A stretch of DNA of 55,910 nucleotides, filler included, from Sphacelaria rigidula (lineage: Eukaryota), in the NCBI GenBank assembly GCA_964200075.2. It is 6 parts of 6 records of this genome, joined end to end, with 100 filler letters (N's around TTAATTAATTAA, not from the genome) between each part and the next. Parts side by side here need not be neighbours in the genome. Positions count along the whole stretch, not along the records: positions 46,677 to 55,910 come from CAXNAA020008968.1; 5 more parts are not named here. The stretch is one strand, 5' to 3'. Both the position numbers and the translations under genes were made by a program. Below, piece after piece: positions 51,051 through 55,910 of this stretch; position 1 is the stretch's first letter; each line of letters starts with the position of its first letter. Under the pieces are notes generated by a model. That model saw only the letters and a list, made by a program, of their open reading frames with translations, was not told the DNA's origin and searched no databases.

Positions 51051-52608
51051 TGGAGGTGGGCACCGGCAGCCAATAAAAAAAACGCTGATCGGATAAGAGG
51101 CATTATTCTCAGCCGGTTTACCTGGTTCACCGACAACCCGTTTAACCTGATGAGCGAGGGAAAAACGCCTCCAAATCATCGAAACGCAGGTAAATAAGGC
51201 GTTGCTGCGTGTTTTGCGTGTGGTGGGTGATTGATACACTCAAACATAGCCATTGCCAATGACGGCAACGTTTAATTTCACACCTCCGCACCCTTGCAAC
51301 ATCTGCCGAATGTACAGCACAGTGAATGCTGACACCAATTTTGATGCTTGATAAGACATAGTGTCGGTGATTACTTGATCAGCTGCTGTTCGAAACTTGC
51401 ACACGTGGGACAGCTCATGAGCTAGCTCATCTGCGGGTCGCAGCTTACTTCAAGTCAAACATGTACATGTGAGCTTCGTCCGATAGCTCACCCAGGACGA
51501 ATATGAGCTGATGAGCCACGAGTTGGTAGCTCATCCAGGGCAGACATGGGTAGCTCATGCAGCTCTCAAAGCTCACTCAGGGCGAATCTGAGCTGATAAG
51601 CTACGGGTTGGTAGCTCACCGAGGTAAGACATGCGTAGCTCATGCAGCTCTCGTAGCTCACCCAGAACGAATATGAGCTGACGAGCTACGGGTTGGTAGC
51701 TTACGTAGGGCAAACGTGTAGCTCATACAGCTCCCATAGCTCACTATTAAGGAGCTGCGCTAAAAAAAAGCTAGCTTGAGCTACCGGGAGCTGATCCGTC
51801 CGACGTGTGAAAACTTGGAAATGGCATGGACGAGTGAAGAATCTTCGGCGTGAGCTATAACGTGCAAGCCAACACAGGGTGCCGAAAGGGAAAATTCTGC
51901 GACTCACACCCCGCCTGCCCCTACAACCCAATGCCCAAAAATGGGAGGGAGGAGCAGGGTTAAAACTCTCGCTCAATTTTGCATGAAGAAGGGAGGTGCA
52001 GCGCCTCAGTGTCCAATAACAACGAAAACAGCAGACAACGGAAAGCCCACACTAAGCGCTGCCAAACCACGCAAACCACGCGATCGCGCCTCCTCTCTGG
52101 GCTATTTTTCCCTGCAGAATTAACGATGACGCAAGAATCGTACAAGTGCGATAGGCGAGAAGGCATCGCATCAGATTTTTATCAAGAAGAAGCACTGACG
52201 GCCAGGGCAGACTTCTTGTGTACGCCAACAAACCAAAGCAGATCTTTAGAGTAAACAGAAATTCAGGCCCAGTTGCTTAGACCAAAAAAAAGACACGCAG
52301 ACTTGCATTACTCTGTGTGACATTTTCACTCCAACAATAGTACTTGAGTCTTGTTCGCGAAATATCACGCTGGTGAGAGAGTTGGATCAACTGTGCCTGG
52401 CTGAGGTACGAGTCAAGAGACCCTGCGACGGCGACACCGCGCTGGGAAACGCCTCCTTTCTCGGTCAAACCGGTCCACCGGTGATCTAACCGGTTCACCG
52501 GCTTGTCCGGAAAAAAAAACTTATTTCAGTACCCGAACCGGTAAACGCGTACTAGGGTTTCCGACAACCGGCTTTAACTGGTTCTTTTTTCAACGGTGCC
52601 CAACTTTA
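51051..52608. mobile_element. hAT-type non-autonomous element
   Basis: TIRs TGGAGGTGGGCACCG and CGGTGCCCAACTTTA. 8-bp TSD CCCCAACA/CCCCGACA (7/8). AACCGG subterminal motifs at both ends. Confidence 0.75.
51410..51795. repeat. Degenerate AGCTCA-rich tandem array (unit of about 80 bp) inside the hAT element
   Basis: Repeated gtagctcatgcagctctc...agctcac...gagctga...gggttggtagctc units. Confidence 0.8.
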
Positions 52609-52873
52609 CCCCGACAGTTGTCCACAGCCACGCGAATAGCTGCTACTCCCTCAGTACTGGATGGTTTCCCATGGAACGAAGCACACCGTGCTCACCTAAT
52701 CAGTGGCTAGACAGGCATCGATCTGCCTTGTACGTGTTTGTTTCCGTCGGTTGATATCTTGACCTCGTTAAAGATAAATCATCTAAATGCTGCGTGTGTT
52801 CTAATTTTGAACGTTAGTACGGACAGGTCATTGTCCAGCACGGGCGTTTCGGAGATCTCTTCATTACGTTTAA

Positions 52874-53854
52874 CTCTTAGATAGCGCCCCCCCCCCCCCC
52901 CCCCTGTAGGTGGACTGAGGTAAACTATGCCACATTTGGGGGGTCAGAAGAGCTTTTTTCTCGCTACATATATAATGGCTTTTACATGAAGATGTGGGTC
53001 GGTCATCTAAATAGAAATTAGTCCCGGAGAACCCCTGACTGGTTCTGACCCTGTAGTCAATTTCGTGCAGTCAGTATGTGTGTTGTATGTCTCCGCTGGA
53101 TACCCGGCAAGAAACAGTCAACGTGCCACCGTTTTTCACTGAACACAGTCTACTGCATGCTGTCGATGCCTCTGCTTAGTGTTCCACAACAAACACTACA
53201 GACAGTGTGAAGCTATGCTGGCAACACACGAGGGGTTAGGCAGGCGTCATAGACCACGAGCAGAGTACAAAACGCGTCGTTTGTACCCACGCAATCTATG
53301 GTTGAGTTGTCGCGATCAAGATGAGAAATACGGTTAGGCAGCAAATAATCCACCTGTAGGGGACCAAAATGATAATTTTGATAGCGTTGATTGGTCAAAA
53401 CGGTCACTCCCCTCCTCTCGGCCCTCTTTCCTGGCTTTAATTTTTCGTGGGCAACTTCCAAACACACATGGTTGACTTGGTGAACTCGGCTGTTCTGCGA
53501 GCAGGCCCACACCCTTCCGTCAAAAACCACCCGCCGCCCCCTGGGAACCCCCGGATGCCCCTGGACTATCGGCTTGTGAAACCGTTCCGAGGCGACACCC
53601 GCTGCCTAAGGGTTAATTGCGTTCATCTTCGGCCATCAGGAATCAGGAGTGTTATCAGCTGGTCTTTTCCCCCCTGGAAATCTCCGACATTTTCGTACAG
53701 TCTCTACTTTTCCCGAAAAATGTTGAAGCAGATATTTGACCCTTCTCCCGCAAGCGTTGATGATATGTTGAATCGGTGCTTTTCATCTTACTCCGTATTT
53801 TTCAGGTGTAAATGATGCCGACTCAAAAGATCACCTACCCTCGCAGTCAAAGGG
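52874..53854. mobile_element. piggyBac-type non-autonomous element
   Basis: TTAA|CTCTTAGATAGCG ... CGCAGTCAAAGGG|TTAA. An additional inverted terminus CGCTGCCTAAGGG|TTAA ends at 53612. Confidence 0.7.
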
Positions 53855-55910
53855 TTAACCAGTATAGACAATACATCAATTTAAGACATACTGCTCATTT
53901 TCGAAGAAATCGAATAAAATGTTCGACCGTTTGGGAAAAGTAGGAAGAACTGCCATGTTGAAAATACCCCCGGAAAACAATAAAATATGGAAAATAAGTG
54001 TTTTTCGTGTTGTAATTCGGATCATTGAACGAGTACAGAACGACCATGGTGTGTCTCTGGTTCTGTCCCCCACAAAATTCATTTTACGTGATACCTGGAT
54101 TGCAATCGGGGAAGATAAATGACGATACAAAAAATTTGTCTCCTTCACTCTACGTGACACCTGTATCACAATCTGGGAATTATTGATGATACAAAAACAC
54201 TTTTTTTGTTTATTTGGCAACAATTCCATTTTTCAATACTTGCATAACCTGGAAAATCAACACCTTCAGGCTTGTCCTTCTCTCGGGGCCAATTGCAGGA
54301 GCGCGGGCAAATGGCCCACATCGTTCCATCTTACCTTTCACATTTTTTGCAGCCTCGATGCCGGGACTTTGACATTCATAAACAGGGCATTCGTGGATGG
54401 AAAGCACGCAGCGTCATGGAGCAGATATAGGCATGAAATGGATTGCAGAGAGTCAATCCCATGAAGTTTTAGGGGGGACGAACAGGGTGGAAAAAGTTTG
54501 TGTTCGAGCGACGATTTGAATGTGCACTGTGGGTTCGTTTGCCTGAGGCTCACCCGCTCATGCAACATCCAAAAATCGACTCCATTTTGTGCCTCTGTTG
54601 GATAAGCCATGTCCCTGCTGTGCTGAAAAATCCCTTGAGCTCAGGGCTAGTTTGTCACGTGTAACGCCCACATGTGCGAGCAGTTAGCGTTGTGCAAGAA
54701 TCCTGCATGGAATCGATCCCCGGAGTGCCATCTTGCGTGTGTGGCCTGTTTTTGTGCAGTCTTGGGAAATCTTTTAAGGGTGCGTTGGGTAAGGTATTCC
54801 CTACATTTGGGTACTTTGAAAAGTCTTACTCTAAGCACGCAAAACTTGCGTAGAGTATTAAGAGGTCATACCCAACAATACCTAGATATTGGGTAGCGTG
54901 ATGCGGTGGTACCTAACCTTACCCAATACTTGGGGTAGAGTTTGAAGGTCAGACCATCACAACGTGAAATTCTCGAGAATGATTACCCGGGTATTTACCC
55001 TACCCAATGCAACACCCTTGTAGATATTTGCGTCGATCGAACCGGTCCAGGCTTACTCAATACCTTGGTCATCGGCGACGATATGTCACCCGCTGTCGCA
55101 ATCGCGGTGAAGGACGGTACGAACAGCCTGTATACCAAAAAATAATTCAAAGACGAAGGCTTTTTTGTTCGGGAGACGACGTGCGAAAAGAGCGTCAAAT
55201 GGCCACACCTTTTCATACTTTATATTGTAGCTCTAGCTGTGGTGGCGTAACGCGCACAGCAGCGGTACTGGTAAGAAACGTTGATCACGCCGCGTGCTGG
55301 CCTGTTTTGCAGGCTGTTGACATCGATACCTTGAACTTTTGCACGGTGTGCACAAAGTTGGATGAAAAGGGTTTGGGGGGCCAAAGTTTGAATGCCCAGA
55401 GCAGTCTGCGTGCCTCACCTCGAACGTCCCTGCCACATTCATGATTCTGCTACGATTTGCGTTGCTTTTGTACAGAACGAATCTTCATCTGCTGCAAGAA
55501 AAGTTGACCCCTTGCCCCCTCCTGAGGTCGCTTCAATGTTCCTTACGCATGCAGGAAACTATGATTGCGGGAGAATTCCGTAGGAAATTTTCAAACCGGG
55601 TGTTATCTCCCGTATTCCACCCTCGAGTTGTGCGTTAGTTGTTCTTCGACCTACGTGTCTAAAAGTCACACAAACGATAAGAAGTAAAGATTTTGTGCTC
55701 TTTTATTCCCTGCTCTCCAAAGCGAACTACACGCCAGCGACCCAACAGTTTGACGGGGCCGACGGCCGTTGAGGAGGCCTGGGGCGGTTGTCAAAACTCC
55801 GACGGCAGCATGCAAAAAAGTGAAGGATATATATATATATATATATATATATACTTCCTCTGTCCCATAAGTCTGTATTGTTATGTTTGTACAAGCCCTT
55901 AACGATGTCC

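Overview
Eukaryotic, repeat-dominated DNA of roughly 50% GC. The GT-AG intron style, the protein family seen and the repeat types suggest a brown alga (Phaeophyceae); this is inference. The window is not one locus. It is six near-equal contigs (9236, 9235, 9235, 9235, 9235, 9234 bp) joined by 100-bp N44-TTAATTAATTAA-N44 spacers, consistent with a length-sorted concatenation of unplaced contigs. Two partial spliced genes are supported, both on the minus strand. The first is a 4-exon fragment (45209-40226) encoding two tandem GT-A/DUF6492-like domains, both lacking the DxD motif. The second is the 3-exon C-terminus of a single-pass membrane protein (23760-21766). The rest is largely mobile DNA: a complete 4.0-kb gag-only LTR element with a 4-bp TSD and a palindrome instead of a tRNA PBS; hAT, piggyBac and PIF/Harbinger-type non-autonomous elements, including four stacked end-to-end at single TAA triplets; AAC...GTT foldback MITEs; tRNA-derived SINEs; and a ~35-65-nt structured retroposon pair that inserts at C-tracts with long TSDs. 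Most short ORFs in the track look spurious or TE-derived.
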